Shown here: piece after piece, positions 9,980-20,393 of the stretch | Numbering within the stretch: the first letter of the stretch is position 1 | Layout: every line of letters starts with the position of its first letter | Source: Bdellovibrionota bacterium | GTDB taxonomy: Bacteria > Bdellovibrionota_C > UBA2361 > JAAYZI01 | Length of the DNA stretch: 64,000 nt | Assembly: GCA_050950765.1 (NCBI GenBank) | Contig: JBMNIF010000003.1 | Coordinates: 256,001 to 320,000 of the forward strand | Direction of reading: 5' to 3' | Position numbers and translations under genes: made by a program | Notes under the pieces: generated by a model | The model's database searches: none | What the model saw: the letters and a program-made list of their open reading frames with translations, nothing else | What the model was told of the DNA's origin: nothing

Positions 9980-11020
9980 CTACTTCAGGTCATTCAGTTT
10001 TATGCCATATTTAATAAGAACAATGACTCCAAAACCAACAACAATAATATATTGTAAAAGGTGGCTTACAATAGCATAACTTGTAGCGAGCTCTTTGTTC
10101 TCACCTACTATTGCAAAGGCTATAATACAAGCTACTTCAAAAACACCAAGAAAACCTGGAGCACTAGGAGCAGCCACGCCCAAAGCAAGTACAGTTGTTA
10201 AAACCAAAGCTGCCCAAAAGCTGCCAGCCATGCCATCAAAAGCAAAGAACGTCAATTGATATGTGTAAATCGTTAAGATCCAGATACCAGCAGATAGAAT
10301 AAGCACCATAAAGAGATTGCGAGGTTTGCGCAGCACCTCAGTACCTGTTAAAAAATCAGCAACTAACTTCAGGAGAACCTCTTTTACCCGTTGTGGAAAG
10401 ATAAAAAGGGTTTTTGAAATAATTTTCAAGAGGAACTTAGGACAGAGAGAGCCCATAACGATAAAAGCAAATAAAGCAGCGGCAACCCCTGATAATAAGC
10501 AAGCTCCAACAGATAAACCGTGCCGGATATCAGCAAAGCTTTTTCCTACTCCATCCACCATCCCAGCAGGCAACTCTCCTAAAGAAGCCACCATAACAGC
10601 AAAAAGGATCAGCACCATTGAGAGGTCGAAAAAACGCTCCGTCACAACAGAGGTTAAACTGATAGGATATCTAACCTTACTGTATTTTGTCAGCATTAAC
10701 GGACGAATAAATTCTCCAGCACGTAAAGGTAAGACAAAGTTACCGAAGTTACCTAACATCAAACTATCAAAAAGAAGACTTAACGGCAGCTTCCCGACAT
10801 CTTTCTGATCTGGCAACAAGAAGCGCCAACGCACAGCACGTATAATGCTTTGTATTATAGTCAGGATAAAAACAAGAAATATTATGGGAAGCTTAACGCT
10901 TTTCAGCACTTTTAGCACTTCTGGCACATCAACGTTTAATACTATCCACCAAATTAAAGCAACACTGATAGCAATGCTGAAAAATATTTTAAAATACCTA
11001 AAAAAGGTGGAACGTTGCAT
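9980..11020 (-). CDS. Lysylphosphatidylglycerol-synthase TM domain / UPF0104 flippase-like protein
   Basis: RAVRWRFLL, NFVLPLRAGE, ERFFD and APSAPGFLGVFE motifs; multiple TM helices. Confidence 0.88.
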   Translation of the reverse strand: MQRSTFFRYFKIFFSIAISVALIWWIVLNVDVPEVLKVLKSVKLPIIFLVFILTIIQSIIRAVRWRFLLPDQKDVGKLPLSLLFDSLMLGNFGNFVLPLRAGEFIRPLMLTKYSKVRYPISLTSVVTERFFDLSMVLILFAVMVASLGELPAGMVDGVGKSFADIRHGLSVGACLLSGVAAALFAFIVMGSLCPKFLLKIISKTLFIFPQRVKEVLLKLVADFLTGTEVLRKPRNLFMVLILSAGIWILTIYTYQLTFFAFDGMAGSFWAALVLTTVLALGVAAPSAPGFLGVFEVACIIAFAIVGENKELATSYAIVSHLLQYIIVVGFGVIVLIKYGIKLNDLK

Positions 11021-11183
11021 CTAAAATTTGCTCCTCAATCGTTATAATAAAGTAATTTTGCTACATTAAAGATATAAAATACTAAAATCAACTCCGTGTA
11101 ATTACATTAAAAATGCAAAGGATTCTAGCATCTCTTACAATGTACTAGCAGAGCAAGCAAGAAGTGAACTTTTTAGCACTTAC

Positions 11184-12515
11184 TTACAAATTATCAACCG
11201 TATTAAGCGCCTCAGTAATTCGATCTGGAACTGCGATCCCGCCGCAATCTGCCCCAATAAAATGCAACCCTTTAAAAGCATCTTCACAGTTTCTCATTTC
11301 AGATACTAATTTAAAGTGTCCTACTTCAAACTGGGGAATAGCATAAAGATGCTTTGTTACGCACAATACCCTTGCCGTATCAATGGCAAGTTTATCTGAT
11401 AAGGCTGTTAACGCTGCCTTTTCCCAATACTCAACATCTGCTGATACAATTTCTTGTTTAGAAGCGCCTCCAAAGCAGAGCGTTAGGAGGTGTTGCCCTT
11501 GTGGCGCTTTCTGCGGAAAAAGTTCGGAATTATACATCACCCCTAAAAGGCTATCAGGCATCCCTTTAGGGAAAAGCACTCCAAAAGCATTTTTTTTCAA
11601 TGCTATATCTGAAGAAACACCACAATGAACTACCGCTAACGCTGTGTAGTTTAACTTTGAAAGAGAGTGAGAGAGGTGTGGATTTAAATTTTTTAAGAAA
11701 GGTGCAGTGGCTTTACCCGATGTTGCGATAAAAAGCTCCTTCGTTTTGTAAGTAGCACCACCTGCCAAGACAGAAAATTCTCCTTCACTATATGAAACTG
11801 TTTCAGCTTTAGCTTTTACAATATCAACCTTATCAATTTTTATTTTTAGAGCTTCAATTATTGACTGTGCACCGTGTTTCAAGACAAAGATTCCGCCTCG
11901 AGGAGAAGCTGCGCGTATTTTAAAATATCCTCGTAAATCTTTTCCATCAAGTAACGCCTGCCATAATCCAGGAAAAAGACTTCTAGCACTTAATAGATCA
12001 ACATCTCCACCGTAGATCCCTTTTAAGGCCGCATCAATTAAACGTTCGATCGTTCTTCTCCCAAAAATCTTAGAACAGAACTGCGCTACACTTTCATCAT
12101 CAACTTGCGGTCGTAGTACCTTATTAGAGAAAAGCGCTTTTAGCACTCTCAATAACATCATCTTATCAAAATCGGGGATTAACGGAGTAAGGAAAAACGA
12201 GAACGGGTCTGTCGGAACTTTACAAACCTTATCATTGCACCAAATATATTTTCCAGAACGTGGAGCGCTCGGTTCAATTATATCACCAGAAAGCCCCAGA
12301 TCATCCAAAAACGGCAGAACTCGCCCTTTTTTTACAAAAACGCTTGGTCCCAGCTCACACTGAAAGCCATCGACACGCTTCGTTTGCAAAGCTCCCCCCA
12401 GCTGATCCGGCTCTATAATTAAACTTTTTTTATTCAATTTACTAAGAGCATACACTGCTGTTAAAGCGCTAATTCCGCCACCGATAACTATTGTATCAAA
12501 TGTGTTATTTTCCAT
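11184..12515 (-). CDS. hemY: Protoporphyrinogen/coproporphyrinogen oxidase (HemY family)
   Basis: IGGGISAL FAD motif, ELGP, GIYGGD..LS, FGVL, AIPQF.VGH. Confidence 0.9.
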   Translation of the reverse strand: MENNTFDTIVIGGGISALTAVYALSKLNKKSLIIEPDQLGGALQTKRVDGFQCELGPSVFVKKGRVLPFLDDLGLSGDIIEPSAPRSGKYIWCNDKVCKVPTDPFSFFLTPLIPDFDKMMLLRVLKALFSNKVLRPQVDDESVAQFCSKIFGRRTIERLIDAALKGIYGGDVDLLSARSLFPGLWQALLDGKDLRGYFKIRAASPRGGIFVLKHGAQSIIEALKIKIDKVDIVKAKAETVSYSEGEFSVLAGGATYKTKELFIATSGKATAPFLKNLNPHLSHSLSKLNYTALAVVHCGVSSDIALKKNAFGVLFPKGMPDSLLGVMYNSELFPQKAPQGQHLLTLCFGGASKQEIVSADVEYWEKAALTALSDKLAIDTARVLCVTKHLYAIPQFEVGHFKLVSEMRNCEDAFKGLHFIGADCGGIAVPDRITEALNTVDNL

Positions 12516-12670
12516 GTAATTATTAATATCTCTACTTTTTACTATCTACAAGATCCGCCACTAAGAGATCAGCCATTGTCAGAATCATAGTGCTATTATA
12601 TTATTTAGCAGTTTTGCAGCAACTTTCTTGTACTCAAAGAACGGCAAGCGTATTTATTTAGGAGTTCGTT

Positions 12671-13069
12671 GTGCGTTTTTTATACGGTTTTTTTCTCACA
12701 ATTTTATTTATTACAACCTGCTCGGCACCCTCTTTAGCAGATACAACTAAACGAGCTATGCCGCAGCTGCTTTCCACGATGAAACGTCCTCGAGCTCCTA
12801 AACGGAGACCTCACCGCCCGTATGTTAAGATCTTATACCTTTCATTCCAAAGAACTGCTTCCAATAGAGGGATCTGGAAAGGCGCCATTAAAGGACACGG
12901 AGATGTCTCTCTACATTTAAACATTCTAAATAACGGAGTCTTGCACTCTAGCCGTTATATGGGAAACGTTCGTCAACATTATGATGAACGCCCTACATCT
13001 TTTAAATTTATAGGCTCAACTCCGAAAGAACGGAACTGGACTTGGAAGATCGTTGCTAAAGCCAGTTAA
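12671..13069 (+). CDS. Hypothetical secreted basic protein
   Basis: GGAG RBS, signal peptide ending SLA-D, Arg/Lys-rich; no family recognised. Confidence 0.65.
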   Translation: MRFLYGFFLTILFITTCSAPSLADTTKRAMPQLLSTMKRPRAPKRRPHRPYVKILYLSFQRTASNRGIWKGAIKGHGDVSLHLNILNNGVLHSSRYMGNVRQHYDERPTSFKFIGSTPKERNWTWKIVAKAS

Positions 13070-13080
13070 GATCTCGGCTC

Positions 13081-14220
13081 TTACATCATCTTTTTAACTT
13101 CTTCTATTATTTTATTTAAGGCTTCATCAAACGAAAAAGTACCGATTAGATCAGATTTTAACTTAATATTGACGTGATCTGCAGCGCACCAAGCCCCGAT
13201 ATCAGCATCATCAGCTTCACCAGGACCATTTACCCTACACCCCATAACGGCTACTGTTATGGGAGTATCTTTAGCGAATTCAAGGGCAGCACGTACTCGC
13301 GCTGCAAACTCGACAAAGTTTTCATTTTCAACTCGAGAACAGGACGGACAAGATACGATATTTAATCCTTGTTGATTATAAGTGTGACGACTTGCTCTCC
13401 CTGCTAAAACATCTTCAATAATCTTCTTACCGATCTGCACCTCTTTATATTTTTCAGAAAACGGCAATGTTAATGAAACTCTCAAGGTATCTCCGATACC
13501 ATCCAATAATAATGTCTCAAAAGCAGCTCGTGTTTTTATCTCAGCGACAGGCAACATTCCTGCCTCCGTTACACCAAGATGTAAAGGGATGTATGGGAAC
13601 TCTTCCGAAAAACAGTGATTAATCTTTATCACCTCGTTAGGATCTGAACTTTTTAAAGAAACAACATAATTTTCAAAAGAGAACTTCTCCATTAACCTAA
13701 TATGATTACGCACAGAATTCAGTGCAACCTCGTAGGAATCACCTTCCCTTTCTTTTTGATGTGGATCAAGAGAGCCAAAGTTCACTCCAATACGTAACGC
13801 TAATCCGTATTTTTTAGCTGCTTTAACGATCCACTCCACCTTCTCTGCTTCTGTCAGATCGTTATAAGTGTGATAAAGATGCCCAGGGTTATACCGAATT
13901 TTCTGCACGTACGGCGCAACCTCAGGAACAAGTCGAAACGCTTCTTGAATATCAACCACTAAGGCAGCATCTGTCATCTCTCGAATCTTTACTAATGCTT
14001 CAACATCTGCCTTACTATCAACAGCAACTCTGACTAAACCAGCACCGTGATATTTTAACGTATTAATCTGATTAACGGTGGCTGTCACATCTTTAGTCTG
14101 CGTTGCACACATTGATTGCACCAACACTGGTCGTCCAGCACCGATCTCCTGATCTCCTGCTCTAACCAACCATGTGTTTTTTCGAGGTTTTAAAGTGTTG
14201 TTTGCGGCACCGTCTTGCAT
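13081..14220 (-). CDS. ispG: 4-hydroxy-3-methylbut-2-en-1-yl diphosphate synthase
   Basis: VQSM, RYNPG, RIGVNFGSL, HLGVTEAG, GIGDTLRVSL, SCPSCSR, AVMGCRVNGPGE. Confidence 0.96.
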   Translation of the reverse strand: MQDGAANNTLKPRKNTWLVRAGDQEIGAGRPVLVQSMCATQTKDVTATVNQINTLKYHGAGLVRVAVDSKADVEALVKIREMTDAALVVDIQEAFRLVPEVAPYVQKIRYNPGHLYHTYNDLTEAEKVEWIVKAAKKYGLALRIGVNFGSLDPHQKEREGDSYEVALNSVRNHIRLMEKFSFENYVVSLKSSDPNEVIKINHCFSEEFPYIPLHLGVTEAGMLPVAEIKTRAAFETLLLDGIGDTLRVSLTLPFSEKYKEVQIGKKIIEDVLAGRASRHTYNQQGLNIVSCPSCSRVENENFVEFAARVRAALEFAKDTPITVAVMGCRVNGPGEADDADIGAWCAADHVNIKLKSDLIGTFSFDEALNKIIEEVKKMM

Positions 14221-14284
14221 TGATTATCATTCCAAATTATAAAGTTGCTTTTCAGGGTACTATATTCAGATCAGGAAGAAAAAT

Positions 14285-14671
14285 ATGTCAAAAATTTTTT
14301 ATATCTTTACAACTATAATCTTTACACTTTGTACAACGGTTCCAACTTTTGCGGAAGAATCAACAAAAGATGACTCCCCCTTTCTGCCAGCATGGAGGCT
14401 ACTGAATAATAACGATAAACAACAATTTGTTAGTGGATATCAACAAGGTTGGAAAGATGCTGTAAAAATAATTGATATCGTGATCGGTTATTTAAAAACG
14501 AATCCAGCTGAAGGAGCTAAGGCACTTGAGCAGATTCGAAACATCTATAACCTTTCAACGATAAAAACACATACTCTAGTACACGAAATCGATCTTTTCT
14601 ACGCCAACCCTCAAAATAATACGGCACCACTTTCAAAAGCGGTTACAGCGGCAAAAACAAAACTTCAGTAA
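14285..14671 (+). CDS. Hypothetical secreted protein
   Basis: Signal peptide ending TFA-EE; helical body. Confidence 0.7.
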   Translation: MSKIFYIFTTIIFTLCTTVPTFAEESTKDDSPFLPAWRLLNNNDKQQFVSGYQQGWKDAVKIIDIVIGYLKTNPAEGAKALEQIRNIYNLSTIKTHTLVHEIDLFYANPQNNTAPLSKAVTAAKTKLQ

Positions 14672-14966
14672 CAATTTTTATTTATAGCGCATAATCTTCT
14701 AACATCTTGATTTAACAGAGAATAGAGGCAGTGTTGCCTCTTTTTGCTTGCATAAAATGCCTTTCTGTATTTTTAGTTATTCACCATTAAAACATTTCTA
14801 TGCTATACTTCCGAGCTTAAAGATTTAGTTGTTGACAAATACTAGAACGATTCTGCTTTAATCATCTTGATTATATCTATCCAAAAGTAGAACTTAAGGT
14901 GAAGTGTCCTATGTATAATAATACGTAGCGAAGGCACCTTAAAAAGAATGACAAAAAAAGGAATAT

Positions 14967-15503
14967 ATGGTTTCAGTTGAAGAAGTAAATAGCATTATCG
15001 AACGCATTACAGAGCATTATGATCAACCCGTTCCTATTGGAGGGCGGTGCGAAAGCAATATTTTTTACCGTATCGAGGACCTAACAGAGGAAGATCTTAA
15101 CGCCTGCGCTGAATATGTGGCGTATCGCATTGATAACATCATCGCTCCACAAGAACCACAACTTTTTCTGAAGATGCCAGGAGGATATAGTTTTTTTGCA
15201 GAACGTCTCTGTGCAATTTATTCGGAGATCATTTCAAATAAAGATATTCCGTTAGAGCAATACTTAGAAAGCAAAATAGAAAACGGACAAGGGAAACAGT
15301 ATAAAGGTCTCAACTCTATACTTGTGACAGACGTTATCACCACCGCCAGATCCAGCTTAGAAGCTCACACCAAAGCCACTTTAAAGGGCATCTCCGTTGT
15401 GTGTTGGGCTACCTTAATAGATAGGACTTTTGGTCCAGGACCTGTCTCTGTGGTCTCTGCTTTTACAGGAGCTCCAGTTAGGGTATTAACACAGCTATCA
15501 TAA
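14967..15503 (+). CDS. Degenerate type I phosphoribosyltransferase (PyrE-like fold)
   Basis: ILVTDVITTARS PRPP-loop variant, LIDR motif and hood-like PIGGRCESNIFY. Confidence 0.65.
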   Translation: MVSVEEVNSIIERITEHYDQPVPIGGRCESNIFYRIEDLTEEDLNACAEYVAYRIDNIIAPQEPQLFLKMPGGYSFFAERLCAIYSEIISNKDIPLEQYLESKIENGQGKQYKGLNSILVTDVITTARSSLEAHTKATLKGISVVCWATLIDRTFGPGPVSVVSAFTGAPVRVLTQLS

Positions 15504-15589
15504 CTTGATTAAGCTCTAGATAATCTACACCCTCTAAATATCATTCTATAATACACAATAGCGAGCTAAGGAGCGCTATCTAATGTTTT

Positions 15590-17617
15590 TTAAATTCTCG
15601 TGGTATTGAAGAATATCAAAAAGTTCCCGACCAGCGCCATTCCAGCCACCACAATGGGTGATGCTAGACCAAGCACTGCCAAAGTAAGTAAAATTACGCC
15701 AAACACAGCAGCGCAACTGTAATTAAAGAAGATTATTTTTTGCCACCGTTTTGCTGCACAAATCACAAAAGTTATGAGAGAAAGGTCTCGTGAAAAAAAC
15801 GCAATATCCGTCACTGAGAGATCCCAATTCAGTTCATTTAAAACACTTCCAATGATACTATTTCTTTTACGCCACGGCGTTAAATCAGTTATCGATCTGA
15901 GATAACTAAGCTCCCTTTCAGCCGAAGCTTCACCAGGCAATCCATGCGGAGCGACCATCATCCCAGTACGCTCAACCAATGAAGCCTCAACCTCTTTACC
16001 GTACAACTCTACTTCGACTTTCTGTTTTGCTAAATCATCATGAAGCTTTCTACCATCTTCAAAAAGAGGGGGTGCGATCTCGATTTTAGCAACAAGCTCC
16101 TTTTCCAATGCGATATAAACCATCTCGGAGCTACTATATTTAGCACCAGTGACATCAGAGGTCTGCATATGAACGCCCCTCTCCACCAGAAAGACTTCAT
16201 TGCCGACACTAAACTCGCTACCTTCAACTTTAGCGCTGAAGCCGCGATCATTATAATCATGAAAATCTGAAACAGTATAAAAAGTTTCTAAGGGGTATTT
16301 TTTATACATATAGGATGCGATAGCACCATTAAGATCTCCTTCGGCACGACCAAAAAAACTAAACAGTATCGCCGCTAAAACTTCTTCATCAATCCTTGTA
16401 TCAATTAACTGAAAATCAACAACTTGTGGTAAGCCAACCGGATCGGAAGCATCATAGTCCATAACTACTTTATTAACTTTCTTTAATCTTTCAAAAACAG
16501 AGAATGTTTTTAAAAATATTCCCCTTATAAAGTTTGATCCGAACACGGCAGAACGATAAAGCGGGTACATCGTTATGGCACGCCCAAGTGTAGCAACAAA
16601 TAAAACAGCCGCTGCGATATTAGCGATCGTCGAAATATCTTCCCCCCTCCCCTGCCAATAAACCACAGCCATACAGGTAATAAAAAGCACAACTGCCACA
16701 ACCGTCACACCATGAGTCGAGACCTGCTTCTGATCAAGATCTTGAACCTTATGTAATTCATCAAGAAATTGCTGATATTCTGAATCTTCCGCTGTTTGCA
16801 GCACTTCACACAGAGCTTCACCGTACTTCACTTCAGAACCAGCAAAGATCTTAACTCCTGCAACATAAGCTCCAGGTCTCCCCCAAAAGCCGATCTTTCG
16901 TTCTAGTAGTTTACAAAAACCACTCCGAATCACGGCATCGCACGGAACGATATCGCCCTTACTTAGCCTAAAAAAATCTCCAACTTTTAGATCCCTAGGA
17001 TCTACTTCCAAAACGGTCTCTGAACCACCACTAAGATTTAATTCTAATTGTGTTTTATCCGAAACATTCTCTGCGGCTGAAAAAACGATTTTTTTTACAC
17101 CTTTTTTAAAAAAACGGAGATCAGCAGAAGCAAAACGCTCCATCTCCCTCTTAAAAGAGAGACTCATCTGTCGATCAAAAGCGACGATAAAAAGAATACT
17201 TAAAAACGCATCAACCTCAACATCTGCACTAAAGGTAGCGATAGCAATCGGAATAATTGCGAAGGCAAGAGCTAGAGCCGTACAAAGCTCAACAGGAACA
17301 ATTTTACGTTGCAAACGTGACCAGATAGAAATAATAAGATCGAAGAACAGAAGTACAGAAAGCACTATACCGAAAAGGAGGAAGATAATTGTAGCGATCC
17401 CTTGAGCTTCATCTTTAATTGGTTGCAGTAAAGGGAGTTCAACTAAAAACTTAGATAAAATCAGCGCCAAGACACCTATAAGCGCCAATTTTAAATTGCG
17501 CCGAACCCTAGCAATCCCCTTGGCGCTGTCTATTACCTGCTCACTTATCTGTTGCATAAGATGCGGTTTTGATGATTTTCTTAAAAGCTTAAGTGCTGTC
17601 ATTCCCATACACGCCAC
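15590..17617 (-). CDS. Degenerate P1B-type (heavy-metal) ATPase homolog
   Basis: A-domain DLKVGD..GDIVPCDAVI, GIFLK..FERLKKVNKVVMD and C-terminal TM pattern present; TGE, CPC, DKTGT, HP and GDGxND all missing; start uncertain (ATG at 17557 possible). Confidence 0.8.
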   Translation of the reverse strand: MACMGMTALKLLRKSSKPHLMQQISEQVIDSAKGIARVRRNLKLALIGVLALILSKFLVELPLLQPIKDEAQGIATIIFLLFGIVLSVLLFFDLIISIWSRLQRKIVPVELCTALALAFAIIPIAIATFSADVEVDAFLSILFIVAFDRQMSLSFKREMERFASADLRFFKKGVKKIVFSAAENVSDKTQLELNLSGGSETVLEVDPRDLKVGDFFRLSKGDIVPCDAVIRSGFCKLLERKIGFWGRPGAYVAGVKIFAGSEVKYGEALCEVLQTAEDSEYQQFLDELHKVQDLDQKQVSTHGVTVVAVVLFITCMAVVYWQGRGEDISTIANIAAAVLFVATLGRAITMYPLYRSAVFGSNFIRGIFLKTFSVFERLKKVNKVVMDYDASDPVGLPQVVDFQLIDTRIDEEVLAAILFSFFGRAEGDLNGAIASYMYKKYPLETFYTVSDFHDYNDRGFSAKVEGSEFSVGNEVFLVERGVHMQTSDVTGAKYSSSEMVYIALEKELVAKIEIAPPLFEDGRKLHDDLAKQKVEVELYGKEVEASLVERTGMMVAPHGLPGEASAERELSYLRSITDLTPWRKRNSIIGSVLNELNWDLSVTDIAFFSRDLSLITFVICAAKRWQKIIFFNYSCAAVFGVILLTLAVLGLASPIVVAGMALVGNFLIFFNTTRI

Positions 17618-17931
17618 CTACTTATTATAAACACCTTGTTTAGGATCAGATGCCGATTTTTACATTCAAAAATCAAGATAAAAAAACGAGCACCTCCACC
17701 CCATTATTTATCTAATTTAAGAAGGACAAATTTGCGAGTAAAAAACACTTCACAAAGCAAAAATGAAACAAGGTTCTTATAGCATTGAACTTAGCGTATT
17801 TATGATGATAGTAACAGTTAAAAAACGTTAGGCTTTTTATCCACTAACACCGTAGGCAAACAACTCCCAGCAATGCCAAGCACCTAACAAGAAAAACACC
17901 CGCAAACATTTAATCTAAAATTAAATAAGGA

Positions 17932-18168
17932 CTATTCAGCAGCTTGCTCTTTAACTTCTTTGTTAACTTCTTTGACAAATTTCTTTTTAAGCTTTGAGAG
18001 CTTTTTCTCTTCAAAGAGAACGTGCTTCTGCGCAATAGGATCATACTTACGTACAGACAACTTAGAAGCAGCCCCTTTACTACGTTTTTTATTACGTCTA
18101 ACTGTATAAAAGAACCCAGTTCCTGCTGAAGAAACCAAATGAACACCTTCTTTCGCGACCTTTGCCAT
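17932..18168 (-). CDS. rpmG: 50S ribosomal protein L33 (zinc-free type) with C-terminal extension
   Basis: LVSSAGTGFFYT..NK...KYDPIAQKHVLFEEKK; true start is ATG at 18168. Confidence 0.93.
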   Translation of the reverse strand: MAKVAKEGVHLVSSAGTGFFYTVRRNKKRSKGAASKLSVRKYDPIAQKHVLFEEKKLSKLKKKFVKEVNKEVKEQAAE

Positions 18169-18365
18169 GATTAACTGCCCTAATTGCAATAACACGCCGT
18201 AAAACGGGAAACTAAGCACTTCACTTAGTACCTCATGCGGCGTAAATACCATATCTTACAATAATACATTAAGATCCGACTCGGGATCTAATGAAAACTC
18301 AATAAAAAATATATATAAACGCTAAAAGCCAAACTCCGCCATACTCGGAGCTGCCCCGCAGGGGG

Positions 18366-18394
18366 AATATGCAATAAAACGTTCCAAATTTCAA
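18366..18394 (-). promoter_or_regulatory. Sigma-70 promoter for rpmG
   Basis: Minus strand TTGAAA-N17-CATATT. Confidence 0.5.
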
Positions 18395-18527
18395 GGCGTT
18401 CGTTCGGCGTTACAAATTTTCAGCGCCATTTATTTTTGAGGCAACACGGAGGTACCTTTAATTCCTTGAAAACAACGCACTTTCAAAAAAGTGTTAGGCG
18501 AGTACCCATACATTGCTCCGTATTATC

Positions 18528-18556
18528 TTGATGCGCCAACAGTTCTGATATACTAT
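18528..18556 (+). promoter_or_regulatory. Sigma-70 promoter for tyrS
   Basis: TTGATG-N17-TACTAT, 30 nt upstream of the ATG. Confidence 0.6.
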
Positions 18557-18586
18557 AACGAGAATTACCATAATCGGAGTTAACGA

Positions 18587-19846
18587 ATGAATATTATTGA
18601 TGAATTAGAATGGCGTGGATTGATACAAGATATCTCTGACAGGGATGGCATAAGACAACTTCCTGAACAGACCGTATTTTATGTTGGCTTTGATCCGACT
18701 GCACCAAGTCTTCAGTTGGGGAATTTAGTTCCGATCATGGTAGCCACACGTCTTGGACGTGCCGGTTTTAAGCCGATGATCCTCTTTGGAGGTGCTACGG
18801 GAGCGATCGGAGATCCCTCAGGAAAATCAAAAGAGCGCCCCCTACTTTCACGGGAAACCATTGATAAAAACATTGCAGCTCAAAAAAAGAAAGTTGTTGA
18901 GATCTTTTCACGGGTTGGGCTTGAAGCGGAATTTATCAACAACTTTGAGTGGACGCGAGATATGCCGATCATCGATTTTTTACGAGATGTCGGTAAATAC
19001 TTCACTATTAATTATATGCTGGCGAAAGATGTCATTAAAAGCCGCTTATCTGGAGAAGGTTTATCATATACAGAGTTTAGCTACGTCCTATTACAAGCTT
19101 TTGACTTCTTTCATCTCTATCAAACAAAGAACTGTCGTTTACAGATTGGCGGTTCCGAGCAGTGGGGAAATATCACGGCGGGACTTGAGTTGATCAGAAA
19201 GCGTGTTCAAGGTGATGCTTATGGCTTTTGCTTTCCGCTAATTACAGATAGTCAAGGACAAAAGTTCGGCAAATCTGCTGGTAATGCGCTTTGGTTAGAT
19301 GGCGAGATGACCAGCCCTTTTAAATTGCATCAATTTTTACTTAACGTCACAGATGAAGATGTTGAAAGGTTATTAAAGATCTTCACCTTCCTTTCTAAAG
19401 AAGAGATTGAGAAGCTCTGTGCTGAACACCGTACGACACCAGAAAAGCGCTTAGCACAACACGTTTTAGCGGATCATGTTTGTGAATTCATTCATGGTAA
19501 AGATGCAGTTAACGATGCAAACCGTGGTGCAGAAGTGCTCTTCGGCGGTTCATTAGATGGGCTAACCGATCAGGTTTTGGCTGATATTTTTCAGGACATC
19601 CCATCAACAACTTGCAGCAGCTCTGAGATAGCAGGGATGTCTGTTATAGATCTCTTTGTACGGACGGGGCTAGCAACTTCAAAAGGGGAAGCCCGTCGAT
19701 TAATAGCAAATGGTGGTGCTTACGTTCATGGCGAACGAATTTCGGATCCTACTATGTTGATTAGAAGTACGACTAGAGGTGTTGCAAAATTTATAGTCTT
19801 AAGATCAGGTAAAAAGAATTACCACACTGTCAAAGTTCAGGACTAA
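18587..19846 (+). CDS. tyrS: Tyrosine--tRNA ligase
   Basis: YVGFDPTAPSLQLGN (HIGH-like), QIGGSEQWGNI, KFGKS, C-terminal S4 domain. Confidence 0.98.
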   Translation: MNIIDELEWRGLIQDISDRDGIRQLPEQTVFYVGFDPTAPSLQLGNLVPIMVATRLGRAGFKPMILFGGATGAIGDPSGKSKERPLLSRETIDKNIAAQKKKVVEIFSRVGLEAEFINNFEWTRDMPIIDFLRDVGKYFTINYMLAKDVIKSRLSGEGLSYTEFSYVLLQAFDFFHLYQTKNCRLQIGGSEQWGNITAGLELIRKRVQGDAYGFCFPLITDSQGQKFGKSAGNALWLDGEMTSPFKLHQFLLNVTDEDVERLLKIFTFLSKEEIEKLCAEHRTTPEKRLAQHVLADHVCEFIHGKDAVNDANRGAEVLFGGSLDGLTDQVLADIFQDIPSTTCSSSEIAGMSVIDLFVRTGLATSKGEARRLIANGGAYVHGERISDPTMLIRSTTRGVAKFIVLRSGKKNYHTVKVQD

Positions 19847-19941
19847 CGAGTTGTCTCCTGTCGTTTTAGTTATCAACGGGGGGATAACATCAAACATGAG
19901 AGGGCGTAAGTTTTTCCCTTTTTACTGTGAGATTGTCTAAA

Positions 19942-20391
19942 ATGGCGTTTAAGTTGCACGATGAAGTTTATGTTGTTCCGGCAAAAAAGATCGGAGTAAT
20001 TATTCAAGATCTACACAACGGGAAATTCTTAGTGGCGATCAATGCTCTTAAGATTCAGTGTTTAGAGGAGCAACTATTACCGCCTGACGAATACAGAAAT
20101 AAACGTCCTGCCATTCAAAAACCAGAAAAAACTGTGGTAAAGGTTGTAAAACGGAGCTTTGTTCCGAAAAAATTAGATCTGCACGGTCTTTTTGTAGAAG
20201 ACGCTCTAAAAAAACTTGAAGAGTGTTTAAATGATTGTGTTCTTTCGGGTGTTCACGAATTAGAGATCATTCACGGAATCGGCACCGGTAAGGTTAAGAG
20301 TGCCGTACTTAAATACTTGCGAACCTCTCCCCTTATCCGTAACTTTAAAGAGGTCGAAGGCAACCCAGGGACAACCCGTGCTTTTTTTTAA
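19942..20391 (+). CDS. Smr/MutS2 C-terminal domain protein (KOW + Smr)
   Basis: LDLHGL..EDA, IIHGIGTG and GNPGTT Smr motifs. Confidence 0.9.
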   Translation: MAFKLHDEVYVVPAKKIGVIIQDLHNGKFLVAINALKIQCLEEQLLPPDEYRNKRPAIQKPEKTVVKVVKRSFVPKKLDLHGLFVEDALKKLEECLNDCVLSGVHELEIIHGIGTGKVKSAVLKYLRTSPLIRNFKEVEGNPGTTRAFF

Positions 20392-20393
20392 TA

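Noticed and set aside
18400..18586. T-box leader for tyrS
   Set aside because: No T-box motif or terminator; a good sigma-70 promoter sits only 30 nt before the ATG
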